Below, piece after piece: positions 1-9,734 of a DNA stretch of 20,000 nt. The first letter of the stretch is position 1; each line of letters opens with the position of its first letter. The translations under genes were made by a program, and so were the position numbers. The notes beneath the pieces are model-generated. The model was given only the letters and a program-made list of their open reading frames with translations. It did not search any database and was not told where the DNA came from. The stretch lies in the IMG/VR virus record IMGVR_UViG_3300017991_000098, one strand, 5' to 3'. This DNA comes from an uncultured virus (IMG/VR IMGVR_UViG_3300017991_000098). Its lineage: Duplodnaviria > Heunggongvirae > Uroviricota > Caudoviricetes.

Positions 1-906
1 TTCCTTATAGACATTCAGCTGAGCACCCGTGGAGGTGGTCGTACCAATCAGAAGATTGCCGTCCTGTGTAATGCGCATGCGTTCTTCAACACCCGTACTT
101 CCGCCTTCATCCAGTGTCAAAAACACCAAACCAGCATCCGCATATGTATGGCTTGTACCAGTGCGTGTATGTACTGCACGGATTGAAGCATTTGGACCGG
201 GTGTATATGGATGTGCCGTACTTTGAGTATGGAAATCCAATGTGCTGTAAACGTCATTGTAGTCCCACGTGCTCGAAGTATCATTGTTGTTCAGCAACAA
301 TGTTGGATTTGCAGTTCTGATAATATTGACATCACCACCACCATCGATTCGGATTCTGCCGAGTCCATTTGTGCCCAAATACAATGGCGTGTTTTCATAG
401 GAATACAGATAGGCGTTTGAAGAATCGATTCCGACAATAATGCCATCACTTGAAGTGGTACCAGTCGTTGTGTTTGTGAATCTGGCAAAACTTCCTGCTG
501 TTGTATTTCTGTGTACATGCAGTTGGTTTGCGGGAGTGTTGATGCCCATGCCAACTTCGCCACCGCTCGTAATGCGCACCTTCTCGGCACCATTGGTTCC
601 AAACCTCAAAAAGTTACTGCCATGATTATATTGAATGAAACCTGCGTATAAAGTATCTCCTGATGTCCCATCAGCGAAATAGATATTACCATTGTTGGCG
701 GCATTTGAATAAATAGTTGCGCCAAAATCACCACTGCCATCACCAATAACTAGGTCGTTTGCATCAGAAGCCAGGTCGCCTGGGTTAGACGTAGCAACCC
801 CAATGGATGTGACGCCATTGATGGTTCCACCAGTTATTGCCGCACTAGCATTTCTGGTAATGCCAGATGGAAATTGATTTAGAGGGACATCTATAAGTTC
901 TACCAT
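1..906 (-). CDS. Tail fibre-like protein, N-terminal 302 aa (continues beyond the left edge; not in the ORF track)
   Basis: My translation from ATG at 906 is open to position 1: MVELIDVPLNQFPSG...NGNIYFADGTSG...YNHGSNFLRFGTNGAEKVRITSGGEVGMGINTP...LYLGTNGLGRIRIDGGGDV...EERMRITQDGNLLIGTT. It carries three copies of the 'ERMRI.S.GNVGIGT' type repeat typical of phage tail-fibre proteins that often end in a Peptidase_S74 chaperone. SD-like AGGTGGGA lies upstream. Confidence 0.8.
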   Translation of the reverse strand, partial: MVELIDVPLNQFPSGITRNASAAITGGTINGVTSIGVATSNPGDLASDANDLVIGDGSGDFGATIYSNAANNGNIYFADGTSGDTLYAGFIQYNHGSNFLRFGTNGAEKVRITSGGEVGMGINTPANQLHVHRNTTAGSFARFTNTTTGTTSSDGIIVGIDSSNAYLYSYENTPLYLGTNGLGRIRIDGGGDVNIIRTANPTLLLNNNDTSSTWDYNDVYSTLDFHTQSTAHPYTPGPNASIRAVHTRTGTSHTYADAGLVFLTLDEGGSTGVEERMRITQDGNLLIGTTTSTGAQLNVYKE

Positions 907-929
907 TTTGTTTTCCCACCTATATATTT

Positions 930-948
930 GCACCATACAAACTGGTGC
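930..948. other. Short inverted repeat (GCACCA-N7-TGGTGC) just after the stop of the giant Ser-rich gene
   Basis: 6-bp perfect stem with 7-nt loop; no U-tract on the minus strand, so terminator function is doubtful. Confidence 0.3.
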
Positions 949-952
949 TTAA

Positions 953-3900
953 TCAACTTAAACTTGAGCTCGATGAACCAGATGAACTGCTAGAAGGACA
1001 ATCACATATTTTGAGTGGGTCACCTTCTACTGTAACCTGCTCACTTTCAACAGTAATTTGATCACAACATGTTGATGAGCTAGAACTCAAACTGTTCGAA
1101 CTTGATGACAAGCTGCTACAAGATGAACTGGATGAACTACTCCTACTAGACGAGGAGCTGCTATTAGAACTACTGGAACTCTCAGAACAACTGCTGGAAC
1201 TATTGGAACAGCTAGAACTACTTAGGCTACTGCAAGAAGAACTTGAGGAACTTGATCTACTCGAAGAACTAGAAGATCTACTACAACTAGAAGAGCTGCT
1301 TGATCTAGAACAGCTACTTGACGATAAGCTTGAGCAAGACGAACTTGATGAACTGGATTGGCTAGAACTGCTAGAACTTTGTGAACAGCTTGAAGAGCTA
1401 GAACTGCTGGAACTAGATCTTGAACAAGAAGAACTGCTCAGGCTACTACAGGATGAACTTGATGAACTGGATTGGCTAGAACTAGACGAACTCCTGGAAC
1501 AACTAGATGAACTTATCGAACAAGAAGAACTACTCAGGCTACTACAGGATGAACTTGAAGAAGAACTGCGCGAAGAACTACTCAAACTGTTTGACGAAGA
1601 ACTAGATGACGAACTCCTCGAACAGCTACTTGAAGACAAGCTTGAACAAGATGAACTACTGGAACTTGATTGGCTGCAAGATGAACTGCTCTGCGAGCAG
1701 CTGGATGAGCTATGGCTGCTGCTAGAAGACGAATGACTAGAGCTGCTTGAAGAACTTGATTGGCTTGATGAAGACGAGCTCTGAGAACAACTGCTTGAAC
1801 TTGAACTACTAGAGCTTGATTGGCTACAACTGCTGGATGACAGGCTTGAGCAGGAAGAACTAGAAGAACTAGATTGACTAGATGAGGAACTGCTTTGGCT
1901 GCAACTTGATGAACTGCTTGAACTACTAGAACTCCGAGAGCTACTTGAGGAACTCAAGCTACTGCATGATGAACTTGAAGAGCTACTCTGACTCGAGGAT
2001 GATGAACTTTGGGAACAGCTGCTTGAACTTGAACTACTGGATGAACTATGCGAGCAAGAAGAGCTGCTGAGTGAACTGCAAGATGAACTCGAAGACGAAG
2101 ATCTACTTGAACTACTAGAACTCTGAGAGCTACTTGAACTACTAGAACTCTGAGAACAACTAGAAGAGCTGAGTGAGCTACAGGACGAACTAGAACTACT
2201 TGACCCACTTGATGATGATGAGCTTTGGCTGCAGGATGAAGAGCTAGAACTGCTGGAACTTGACCTGGAACAACTGCTTGAAGACAAGCTTGAGCAAGAT
2301 GAACTTGATGAGCTAGATTGACTACTTGATGAAGAACTCTGCGAGCAACTCGAAGAACTTGATGATGAACTACTAGATCTTGAACAACTCGAGCTACTAA
2401 GTGAACTGCAGGATGAACTTGAGGATGAGGATTTACTTGAACTACTACTGCGACTACTAGAGCTCCTAGAGCTACTCGAAGAACTTAGTGAGCAACTGGA
2501 GCTACTAAGGCTACTACAAGACGAAGAACTACTCGAACTATTGCTCGAAGATGAAGAACTTTGGGAGCAGCTTGAGGAGCTAGAGGAGCTTGATGAGCTT
2601 CTGGAACAACTTGAACTACTCAAACTACTACATGAGCTACTGGACGAACTTGATTGGCTCGAAGAAGACGAGCTCTTAGAACAGCTTGAAGAGCTGGAAC
2701 TACTAGACCTTGAACAACTTGAACTACTCAAACTACTGCAGCTAGATGAGCTTGAACTGGACCGGCTTGATGATGAACTACTCTGACTGCAGCTAGACGA
2801 GCTTGAGCTACTTGAAGAACTTCTGGAGCAAGATGAACTACTAATCGAGCTACAAGATGAGCTCGAAGAACTGCTCTGGCTCGAAGATGATGAACTATAT
2901 GAACTACTTGAAGAGCTATGGCTGCAACTACTAGATGAAAGACTAGAGCACGACGAGCTTGATGAACTCGAGCGACTACAAGATGAGCTGCTTTGACTAC
3001 AGGACGACGAACTAGATGAAGAGCTACTAGACATCGAGCAACTGCTTGATGACAAGCTTGAACAGGACGAGCTACTGGAACTTGATTGACTTGAAGAAGA
3101 CGAACTCTTGCTGCAAGACGAAGAGCTTGAACTGCTTGACGAACTCCTGGAACAACTGCTGGAACTCAAGCTGCTACAAGACGAGCTTGAAGAACTACTC
3201 TGACTGGATGAGGAACTACTTTTAGAACTTGATGAACTGCTTTGGCTCCCACTGCTGGAAGATAGGCTTGAACAAGACGAACTGCTGGAGCTAGACCTAG
3301 AACAACTTGAAGAGCTTTGTGAACAGCTACTAGAGCTAGAACTGCTGGAACTACTGCGACTGCAACTAGAGGAGCTAAGCGAACTACAAGATGAACTACT
3401 GGAACTTGATTGACTCGAGGAAGATGAGCTTTGGCTGCAGCTGGACGAACTGGACGAACTAGAACTACTGTGACTACAGCTACTTGAAGACAAGCTTGAG
3501 CAAGATGAACTGCTAGAACTTGACTGACTGCTCGATGAACTGCTCTTGCTGCAAGACGAAGAGCTACTAGAACTAGACCTCGAACAAGATGAGCTACTAA
3601 TTGAACTGCAAGACGAGCTTGAGGAACTTGATTGACTTGAAGACGAGCTACTCTTGGAACAACTTGATGAGCTAGAACTACTTGAGGAACTCTGGCTGCA
3701 ACTGCTTGAAGACAAGCTTGAGCAAGATGAACTACTGGAACTTGACTGGCTACTCGATGAACTGCTTTTAGAACTTGATGAACTACTTTGACTTCCACTG
3801 CTTGAAGACAAGCTTGAACAAGACGAACTCGAAGAGCTTGATTGGCTACTCGATGAACTGCTCTGCGAGCAACTAGAAGAACTTGATGATGAACTACTAG

Positions 3901-5977
3901 ATCTTGAACAACTTGAACTGCTCAGGCTACTGCAGGATGAACTTGAAGAACTGGATTGGCTGCAACTTGACGAACTCTGGGAGCAGCTAGAAGAACTAGA
4001 ACTGGATGAACTAGATTGTGAACAAGACGAGCTAGAGCTGCTTAAACTACTGCAAGAGGAGCTAGATGAACTTGATTGGCTCGAACTACTCCTTGAACAG
4101 CTACTACTTGAAGAGCTTTGTGAGCAGCTTGAGGAGCTAAGCGAACTACAAGAACTGCTTGATGAACTTGATTGGCTAGAAGAAGACGAGCTCTGTGAAC
4201 AGCTTGAGGAACTAGAACTACTTGATGAACTTCTGGAGCAACTGCTTGATGACAAGCTTGAACAGGACGAGCTACTGGAACTTGATTGACTTGAAGAAGA
4301 CGAACTCTTGCTGCAAGACGAAGAGCTTGAACTGCTTGACGAACTCCTGGAACAAGAAGAACTACTAAGACTACTACAAGACGAACTTGATGAGCTAGAG
4401 CGGCTGCTGCTTGAACTAGATCTGCTACAACTACTTGAGCTGCTAGATCGGCTGCAAGACGATGAACTCAAACTACTACATGAACTACTAGACGAACTTG
4501 ATTGGCTCGAAGAAGACGAGCTCTTACTGCAACTCGAAGAGCTTGAACTGCTAGAACTAGACCTAGAACAACTGCTTGAAGACAGGCTTGAACAAGATGA
4601 ACTTGATGAGCTACTCTGACTGCAGGACGAAGAACTCCGCGAGCAACTACTACTAGAACTGCTATGCGAGCAGCTAGAGGAACTGAGTGAACTGCAGGAT
4701 GAGCTACTAGAACTTGATTGGCTGCAAGATGAACTGCTCTGGGAACAACTAGAAGAACTTGATGATGAACTCTGTGAACAACTGCTAGAAGATAAGCTAC
4801 TGCATGATGAGCTTGATGAGCTCGAACGACTAGAAGACGAAGAACTCTGTGAACAGCTAGACGAACTTGAACTACTTGAACAACTTCTTGAACAAGATGA
4901 GCTTGAGCTACTGAGTGAACTACAGGAACTGCTGCTTGAGCTAGAGCGGCTGCTGCTTGAACTAGATCTGCTGCAACTACTTGAGCTGCTGGATCGGCTA
5001 CACGAAGAACTACTAAGGCTACTACAAGATGAACTTGAACTACTTGATTTGCTTGATGAAGAAGAACTTTGTGAACAGCTTGAAGAGCTTGAGCTGCTGG
5101 ATGAACTCCTAGAACAAGAAGAACTACTCAGACTACTGCAGGATGAACTTGATGAACTCGAACGGCTACAAGACGAACTAGAATTACTGGAACTAGAAGA
5201 GCTGCTTGACAGGCTACAAGACGAGCTGCTCAGGCTGCTACAAGAAGAACTGCTTGAACTTGATTTGCTTGAAGACGAGGAACTACGTGAGCTACTGGAA
5301 CTGGATATTGAGCAGCTAGAACTACTTAGGCTGCTGCAAGACGAAGAGGAACTGCTTGAACGACTACTGCTACTAGAACTCTGACTACAGCTACTTGAGC
5401 TGCTAGAGCTTGATGAACTTCTGGAACAGCTACTTGATGACAAACTGGAACAAGACGAACTTGATGAGCTACTCTGACTGCAGGACGAAGAGCTTTTAGA
5501 ACAACTAGATGAACTGCTGGAACTACTATTAGAACTACTAGAGCAGCTAAGAGAACTACATGATGACGAACTACTAGAACTTCTTGAACTCGATGATGAA
5601 CTTGTTGACAATGAACTACTACTGGCGCTGGACGAAGATGATCCAGATGTTGTCAGGTAATATTCCCTGATTATCCCACGTTCCTCAAAAAATCTTATTG
5701 TGCCGCCGCCAACATTGCCAACACATTGTGGTGTGTCCCAATTATCTTGAGTAAAGTCTATGGTGTAGGTGGAAAGAGACATTCCAGAACTTGGCTCAAG
5801 TTGTACAACCAAATCAACATATGGCTGTCCAGAAAGATGGAAGCAGAAGCCGGAACCAGTCTGGCCGGTGACCACAATATCAAGAATGGGATGTTGTATG
5901 ATCTTTTGGTGCCGACGGAATGGCTCGTACCATGTGGATCCAGGAGTTACAGGTATTCTGATGTAAAAGTCAGACAT
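953..5977 (-). CDS. Giant serine-rich Cys-repeat protein (~1674 aa), putative virion fibre/appendage
   Basis: Likely start is ATG 5977 rather than 6094: the minus strand reads GTGGAGT-TGA-G-ATG, i.e. a GGAG SD with the upstream gene's stop 1 nt away. ~110-aa non-repetitive N-terminus, ~1525-aa Ser/Cys repeat, short CC..CxC C-terminus. No signal peptide. Function inferred from context only. Confidence 0.8.
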   Translation of the reverse strand: MSDFYIRIPVTPGSTWYEPFRRHQKIIQHPILDIVVTGQTGSGFCFHLSGQPYVDLVVQLEPSSGMSLSTYTIDFTQDNWDTPQCVGNVGGGTIRFFEERGIIREYYLTTSGSSSSSASSSSLSTSSSSSSRSSSSSSSCSSLSCSSSSNSSSSSSSSCSKSSSSCSQSSSSSSSCSSLSSSSCSRSSSSSSSSSSCSQSSSSSSRSSSSSSSCSSLSSSSCSISSSSSSRSSSSSSKSSSSSSSCSSLSSSSCSLSSSSSSSSNSSSSCSRSSSSSSSCSSLSSSSCSRSSSSSSSSSSCSQSSSSSSKSSSSSSSCSSLSSSSCSRSSSSSSCSRSSSSSSRSSSSSSSCSSLSSSSSSCSRSCSSSSSSSSCSQSSSSSSRSSSSSSSCSSLSSSSCSQSSSSSSSSCSQSSSSCSQSSSSSSSCSSLSSSSCSHSSSSSSCSRSSSSCSQSSSSSSSCSSLSSSSCSRSSSSSSSSSSCSKSSSSSSQSSSSSSSCSSLSSSSCSRSSSSSSCSRSSSSSSRSSSSSSSCSSLSSSSCSRSSSSSSSSSSCSKSSSSSSQSSSSSSSCSSLSSSSCSRSSSSSSSSSSCSQSSSSSSQSSSSSSSCSSLSSSSCSQSSSSSSCSRSSSSQSSSSSSSCSSLSSSSSSCSQSSSSSSSSSSCSQSSSSCSQSSSSSSSCSSLSSSSCSRSSSSSSSSSSCSQSSSSSSQSSSSSSSCSSLSSSSGSQSSSSSSKSSSSSSQSSSSSSSCSSLSSSSCSQSSSSSSSSSSCSKSSSSSSQSSSSSSSCSSISSSSCSRSSSSSSSSCSKSSSSSSQSSSSSSSCSSLSSSSCSHSSSSSSSSSSCSQSSSSSSQSSSSSSSCSSLSSSSCSRSSSSSSSSSSCSQSSSSCSRSSSSSSSCSSLSSSSGSQSSSSSSKSSSSSSQSSSSSSSCSSLSSSSCSRSSSSSSSSSSCSKSSSSSSQSSSSSSSCSSLSSSSCSMSSSSSSSSSSCSQSSSSCSRSSSSSSSCSSLSSSSCSHSSSSSSYSSSSSSQSSSSSSSCSSISSSSCSRSSSSSSSSSSCSQSSSSSSRSSSSSSSCSSLSSSSCSRSSSSSSSSCSKSSSSSSQSSSSSSSCSSLSSSSCSRSSSSSSSSSSCSQSSSSSSNSSSSSSSCSSLSSSSCSLSSSSSSRSSSSRSSSSSKSSSSSSSCSSLSSSSCSRSSSSSSSSSSCSQSSSSSSQSSSSSSSCSSLSSSSCSRSSSSSSSSSSCSQSSSSSSGSSSSSSSCSSLSSSSCSQSSSSSSSSQSSSSSSRSSSSSSSCSSLSSSSCSHSSSSSSSSSSCSQSSSSSSQSSSSSSSCSSLSSSSSSRSSSSSSSSSSCSQSSSSSSQSSSSSSSCSSLSSSSCSQSSSSSSSSSSCSQSSSSSSQSSSSSSSSHSSSSSSHSSSSCSQSSSSCSQSSSSSSSCSSLSSSSCSRSSSSSSSSNSLSSSSRSSSSSSSCSSLSSSSCSISSSSCSRSSSSSSQSSSSSSSCSSLSSSSCSRSSSSSSSSSSCSQSSSSSSQSSSSSSSCSSLSSSSCSRSSSSSSCSRSSSSSSRSSSSSSSCSSLSSSSCSNSSSSCSESSSSSNSSSSSSRSSSSSSSCSSLSSSSNSLSSSSSTCCDQITVESEQVTVEGDPLKICDCPSSSSSGSSSSSLS
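1073..5647 (-). repeat. Coding tandem repeat, ~41 units anchored on S7-C-S-S-[L/I], mostly 32-40 aa per unit
   Basis: Hand count of CSSL/CSSI anchors in the translation. Canonical 38-aa unit: SSSSSSSCSSL-SSSSCSR-SSSSSSSSSSCSQ-SSSSSSQ. DNA is degenerate through mixed TCN/AGY codons. Confidence 0.95.
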
Positions 5978-5978
5978 C

Positions 5979-6905
5979 TCAACTCCACACGTCGATCCAC
6001 TCAAAGGTGCCAGCGCCAGTTGAGGTGTCTGGATCTGCCCAGGCTGAGTCTGGGTCGGTGGTTTCGGTGTCTGGGTCGACCCATCTCGGGCCACTAGTAA
6101 CTATCAGATCAACCTCGTCAGATACAGAACAATCCACATGATGGGCAAATGGGTCATCTGGCTTGTTATTTGGGCAGGTGTAGTTGGTCTGACGATATTC
6201 GACAAACTGTTCTCCACCCTCGGCCGCAATAACGTACCCATTATCTTCGGCGAAGATGATTTGTCTTGTAATAGTAGTGACGCCCTTGCGGTATATCTTT
6301 AGGCCATCCCTATACCCGCTCTGTTCCTCACCTGGTACTCGTGGGTCGAAAGTCTCGGTAATGATATCGATTCGATACCCATCAGTTACCCATTCTACGC
6401 GATAGATGCGGTTATAATCATCAACATAATCAAGAGCACCAGTTGGTGTTGGCGAAATAAGATTAGAAATAAACATGTCTGGTATCTCTCCATCTAGGAG
6501 AGTGCTACAAGTGCCAACCTTTTCTGGCAGAACCATGGTCCTATCGAATTCGACGCGATCACAGTTCCAGTCATAATTGCCGTCTTCACTACGGAAAAAA
6601 TCTAAAGAGCAAGAGTTGGCTTGCTCCGGTTCCGTTCCACATTCATATCTGAGGCAACCGCAGTCTAAACGGTACCCCTTCCACTGGTGATAATTTTTTG
6701 TTGTTTCATTGAGATATATGCCAGAACCTAACCTGGCAACGAGAGTGACATCACCGCCACTATCAGCCAGATCAGTCTGTGGAACACCCATAGCCGACAG
6801 CAGATTTTCGTGCCTTGTGTATGCGGAGAACTCGTCAACATTCATAACGAACTCACCGGTTTCGGCCGGGTATCCATCTATGTAATCTGTGTGCAGATTA
6901 GCCAT
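5979..6905 (-). CDS. Hypothetical acidic protein (308 aa), probably virion structural
   Basis: Long ORF; ATG overlaps the upstream TAA (ATGGCTAA) and its stop abuts the next ATG. No family recognised. Confidence 0.75.
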   Translation of the reverse strand: MANLHTDYIDGYPAETGEFVMNVDEFSAYTRHENLLSAMGVPQTDLADSGGDVTLVARLGSGIYLNETTKNYHQWKGYRLDCGCLRYECGTEPEQANSCSLDFFRSEDGNYDWNCDRVEFDRTMVLPEKVGTCSTLLDGEIPDMFISNLISPTPTGALDYVDDYNRIYRVEWVTDGYRIDIITETFDPRVPGEEQSGYRDGLKIYRKGVTTITRQIIFAEDNGYVIAAEGGEQFVEYRQTNYTCPNNKPDDPFAHHVDCSVSDEVDLIVTSGPRWVDPDTETTDPDSAWADPDTSTGAGTFEWIDVWS

Positions 6906-9687
6906 CTGTTCCTATCACACCGCAATCGCTTGCGGATTCAAAAATTGGTTCTGATACGTTAACTGCTTCTTCTTCAGCATACACAGTCATGTCGAGAGTT
7001 ATTCCTGGCCTCTCTTCTGCAGTGGTATAAATAGCATGTGTGATATCGTAAATGGTTGTTGGATCCCCAAGTGAGGTCTGATCTGGAACTAGGCCATTAC
7101 CTTGATACACCAAATCTGCATCATCCCATACAATATATTCCTCCCCATCTGTACCCTCTTCTATCCTAGCATTTAATGGGTTATATGGGGTGTCAATATC
7201 GCATCTGCATGGCTCAGTAAAGTCCCACGGCCTTGCTCGGTACTCGGGGTGTGTAAAATCAGTTAAGATCTTGAACATTGTTAAGAACCTATGACCTGGG
7301 AAGTGCATGGCATACTTCTCAATGTCCAAACTGGGGCGCAAAATGGCCGGCTGAGATATTGGTCCTGGGAAGAACGTGCGATTACTAAATTGCAGATTGG
7401 TGTCACCATAATTTCTCTGAAGCCTTCCAAGCCACCCCTTACCTTGATTCTTAGCGTTGGTGGTGTCAAGAGTGTAGTAAACACCCTGACCCATGCCAAG
7501 TGAACATGGCTTGCATCTTACCCTCTCATCCAGGAGCATTACTCTTTGTGGGTCTACCTCGTCCTGAACCCTGCCTTTATAGCAATAATCGACTCCAGCA
7601 TCTGTGTCTCGAACACGGCCTCTGGTGTCTGGTCCATCATCTGGGTCATAATCTGGATCAAATGCCCTTCGATCCTGGCCATAATTGTTATACCCATCAT
7701 TGTCATTGTCGGGATATGCTGTAGGTACGTCAGAGATATTGCTGAGATCTTGTCTGTCTGAGTCCGTGATTCTGTGAGAATCAATAGTATCCTGCCAAAC
7801 CTGAAATTCGCGCTCTAGCTCAGCCAAAATGGCTTGGCGCATTGCAATATCTTCTGGCTTGAAACCGCGAGTTACCGCAATATCATCACACTCATCACCT
7901 GGATCGGTTGGGATGATTGCTGGAGGTACCTGAAGATTGCCAGCATCATAATTTGGATCCTGAGTAATCTCTGATCCAGCACAAAAGTCTGAAACATTAT
8001 ATACCGTATCAAGTGTAATTGTATAAGTGATCTTTCTGAGAATTGAATGAAATGCCTTCATACCAAACAGAAGATTTATGAGGAAGTCATATAGATTGGA
8101 GTCTATGACTTCACCGGTTTTCATTTCAACATTTACATCAAAGCGGTTGGACTGCCTGCGCTCAAGCTTGTCTGGCAACACAATCTGGTCGCGTTGATAT
8201 GAAATAAAGAAATATGCGGAATAGTCATCAAATCCCTGATGACCATTAAATATCAAATTGGCTGTGTTTGTGACTCTATCAAACGACACACCGTTGGCAT
8301 TGAGTGGGGCACTGCCGGTTGAATACTCTACCCTGACTGATCCATTAACAAGGAATATGTGACTGTACCCAACAGATCCGTCTTTACCTTGCACAGCCTC
8401 AAGAAGCTTTCTCGGGATAATTGAACCTTGAGCATCGCGCACACAAGTCTCATCAGTAAGGTAATCAGGGTTCTTGTTGACTTCATCCATCATGTCATCG
8501 AGGGCATCTTGTAGATCTGAACCATCCTCAACAAACCACGCATCGATGGTTACACCATTACCGTCACCCGTGTTTCGGTACAAAAGCGGCACATCAAGAT
8601 TGCCGAACCCGGATTCTGCGTAACCAACAAGGGCCGGATCTACTTGGCAAACATCGTAGACCTCAATTTCTTGGCTTTCGTCTACAAGCTGCTCGCCGGG
8701 GGCTATGAAGTACTTTCCATTCACCTCTGACCACAGATTGATTAGATCTACTGTGAACCCAGCAATCTCAAACAGCTCTATAATGGCCCTATGGGTACCC
8801 TTAAGCTTCTGTAGATAAGCACCACGACGCACAACCGCACGCCTAATATTGTCATTGGCCTGTTGAAAGAATGGAAGGTCAATGCCTATCAGATAAGCCA
8901 GGTATGGTATCAACTGCGGTGGTATATCATGAACCCAGTTAATGCCGCGAAGTAATTCTTGTTCGTCAAAAATGTCTTGCAGCGCATCGGCAAATGGGCG
9001 ATATAAGTTGATGATTGGGTCGCTCTGCCTGTTTTCTGATGTAAAGTAAACAGGCGGCGTCTTATTGACCATCTCAAGGTGAATTTCACCGGGGTGCGAT
9101 ATCAACTCCTGGTATCTAGCATAACCAATATCATCAGAGATGCACAATAACTCACCGTCTGAAGATGAAACACGCTTACAGTAAGTAGCTTGCCAAACAA
9201 AATTGTATCGTCTTTCTGGGAGACCGGTGACGTCTATCTCAAACATCGATAGATCATGATACTCAGCATCGGGATAATATATGATCCTATCAGTGATACC
9301 ACGACCAATAACGAACTCAAAGTAATCACCCTCTTTTGCTTCGGATTGATCAATCTGCTCGCCACCAGCTGTATAAAAAGTGGCAGATGTTAGATCAATT
9401 CTGGCATCTCTGAGTTGCTGTTCAGTGACGTCAATCTTGTATAGGGTCAAGTCTGGATTGAAAATGCCAACATGATCATGGCCCGCAACTTTGGCACGCA
9501 TAGTGTCTTCAATGCCAAATGTTAGACTCTTGATTTCCGAATTTTCGCGGTATCGCCCCGGATCACTAAACTTGCGCCAAGGATTTACAAGAACCACAGG
9601 AAGCCAGACCGGTTGCCAACCAGTCCTATTGTTCTGCTGCGGATATATGTAAAAAGATGGTTGGAACCTATCAGGCACTTGGGACAT
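6898..9687 (-). CDS. Baseplate wedge / phage tail protein with P2 gpI-like (Tail_P2_I) domain, 929 aa
   Basis: Segment 'DIPPQLIPYLAYLIGIDLP...IRRAVVRRGAYLQKLKGTHRAIIELFEIAG' fits the gpI-type pattern LP(W/Y)LA...R..I......+.KGT..AI. Later 'MKAFHS' resembles the KPAH motif of such wedge proteins. Confidence 0.7.
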   Translation of the reverse strand: MSQVPDRFQPSFYIYPQQNNRTGWQPVWLPVVLVNPWRKFSDPGRYRENSEIKSLTFGIEDTMRAKVAGHDHVGIFNPDLTLYKIDVTEQQLRDARIDLTSATFYTAGGEQIDQSEAKEGDYFEFVIGRGITDRIIYYPDAEYHDLSMFEIDVTGLPERRYNFVWQATYCKRVSSSDGELLCISDDIGYARYQELISHPGEIHLEMVNKTPPVYFTSENRQSDPIINLYRPFADALQDIFDEQELLRGINWVHDIPPQLIPYLAYLIGIDLPFFQQANDNIRRAVVRRGAYLQKLKGTHRAIIELFEIAGFTVDLINLWSEVNGKYFIAPGEQLVDESQEIEVYDVCQVDPALVGYAESGFGNLDVPLLYRNTGDGNGVTIDAWFVEDGSDLQDALDDMMDEVNKNPDYLTDETCVRDAQGSIIPRKLLEAVQGKDGSVGYSHIFLVNGSVRVEYSTGSAPLNANGVSFDRVTNTANLIFNGHQGFDDYSAYFFISYQRDQIVLPDKLERRQSNRFDVNVEMKTGEVIDSNLYDFLINLLFGMKAFHSILRKITYTITLDTVYNVSDFCAGSEITQDPNYDAGNLQVPPAIIPTDPGDECDDIAVTRGFKPEDIAMRQAILAELEREFQVWQDTIDSHRITDSDRQDLSNISDVPTAYPDNDNDGYNNYGQDRRAFDPDYDPDDGPDTRGRVRDTDAGVDYCYKGRVQDEVDPQRVMLLDERVRCKPCSLGMGQGVYYTLDTTNAKNQGKGWLGRLQRNYGDTNLQFSNRTFFPGPISQPAILRPSLDIEKYAMHFPGHRFLTMFKILTDFTHPEYRARPWDFTEPCRCDIDTPYNPLNARIEEGTDGEEYIVWDDADLVYQGNGLVPDQTSLGDPTTIYDITHAIYTTAEERPGITLDMTVYAEEEAVNVSEPIFESASDCGVIGTDG

Positions 9688-9734
9688 TTAGTGCACCATA
9701 AAAGAAACAATTCGAAATATACACGGTATTTTTG

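Noticed and set aside
29..625. Short ORFs 29..226, 114..320, 211..420, 291..602, 440..625
   Set aside because: All overlap the better-supported minus-strand tail-fibre frame 906..1.
1954..3798. Minus-strand V/L/Q/H/A-rich ORFs (1954, 3166; also 10256, 11167, 13042)
   Set aside because: Alternative-frame readings of the poly-Ser genes.
1203..5384. Plus-strand E/L/D-rich ORFs (1203, 2541, 4308, 5049; likewise 10630 and 13281..14009) resembling coiled coils
   Set aside because: Antisense shadows: the offset reverse complement of TCN/AGY runs gives only GAN/CTN codons, so these frames are open automatically.
1073..5647. CRISPR-like or non-coding repeat array
   Set aside because: No constant repeat with unique spacers; variation is mostly synonymous within one long ORF.
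5978..6094. N-terminal extension of the giant ORF to 6094 (and of rarA to 18654)
   Set aside because: Both extensions overlap neighbouring genes; the downstream ATGs fit SD, coupling or family N-terminus better.
929..9700. 9-mer TGCACCATA shared by intergenic regions at 929-937 and 9692-9700
   Set aside because: Only two copies, at different distances from the start codons; could be chance.
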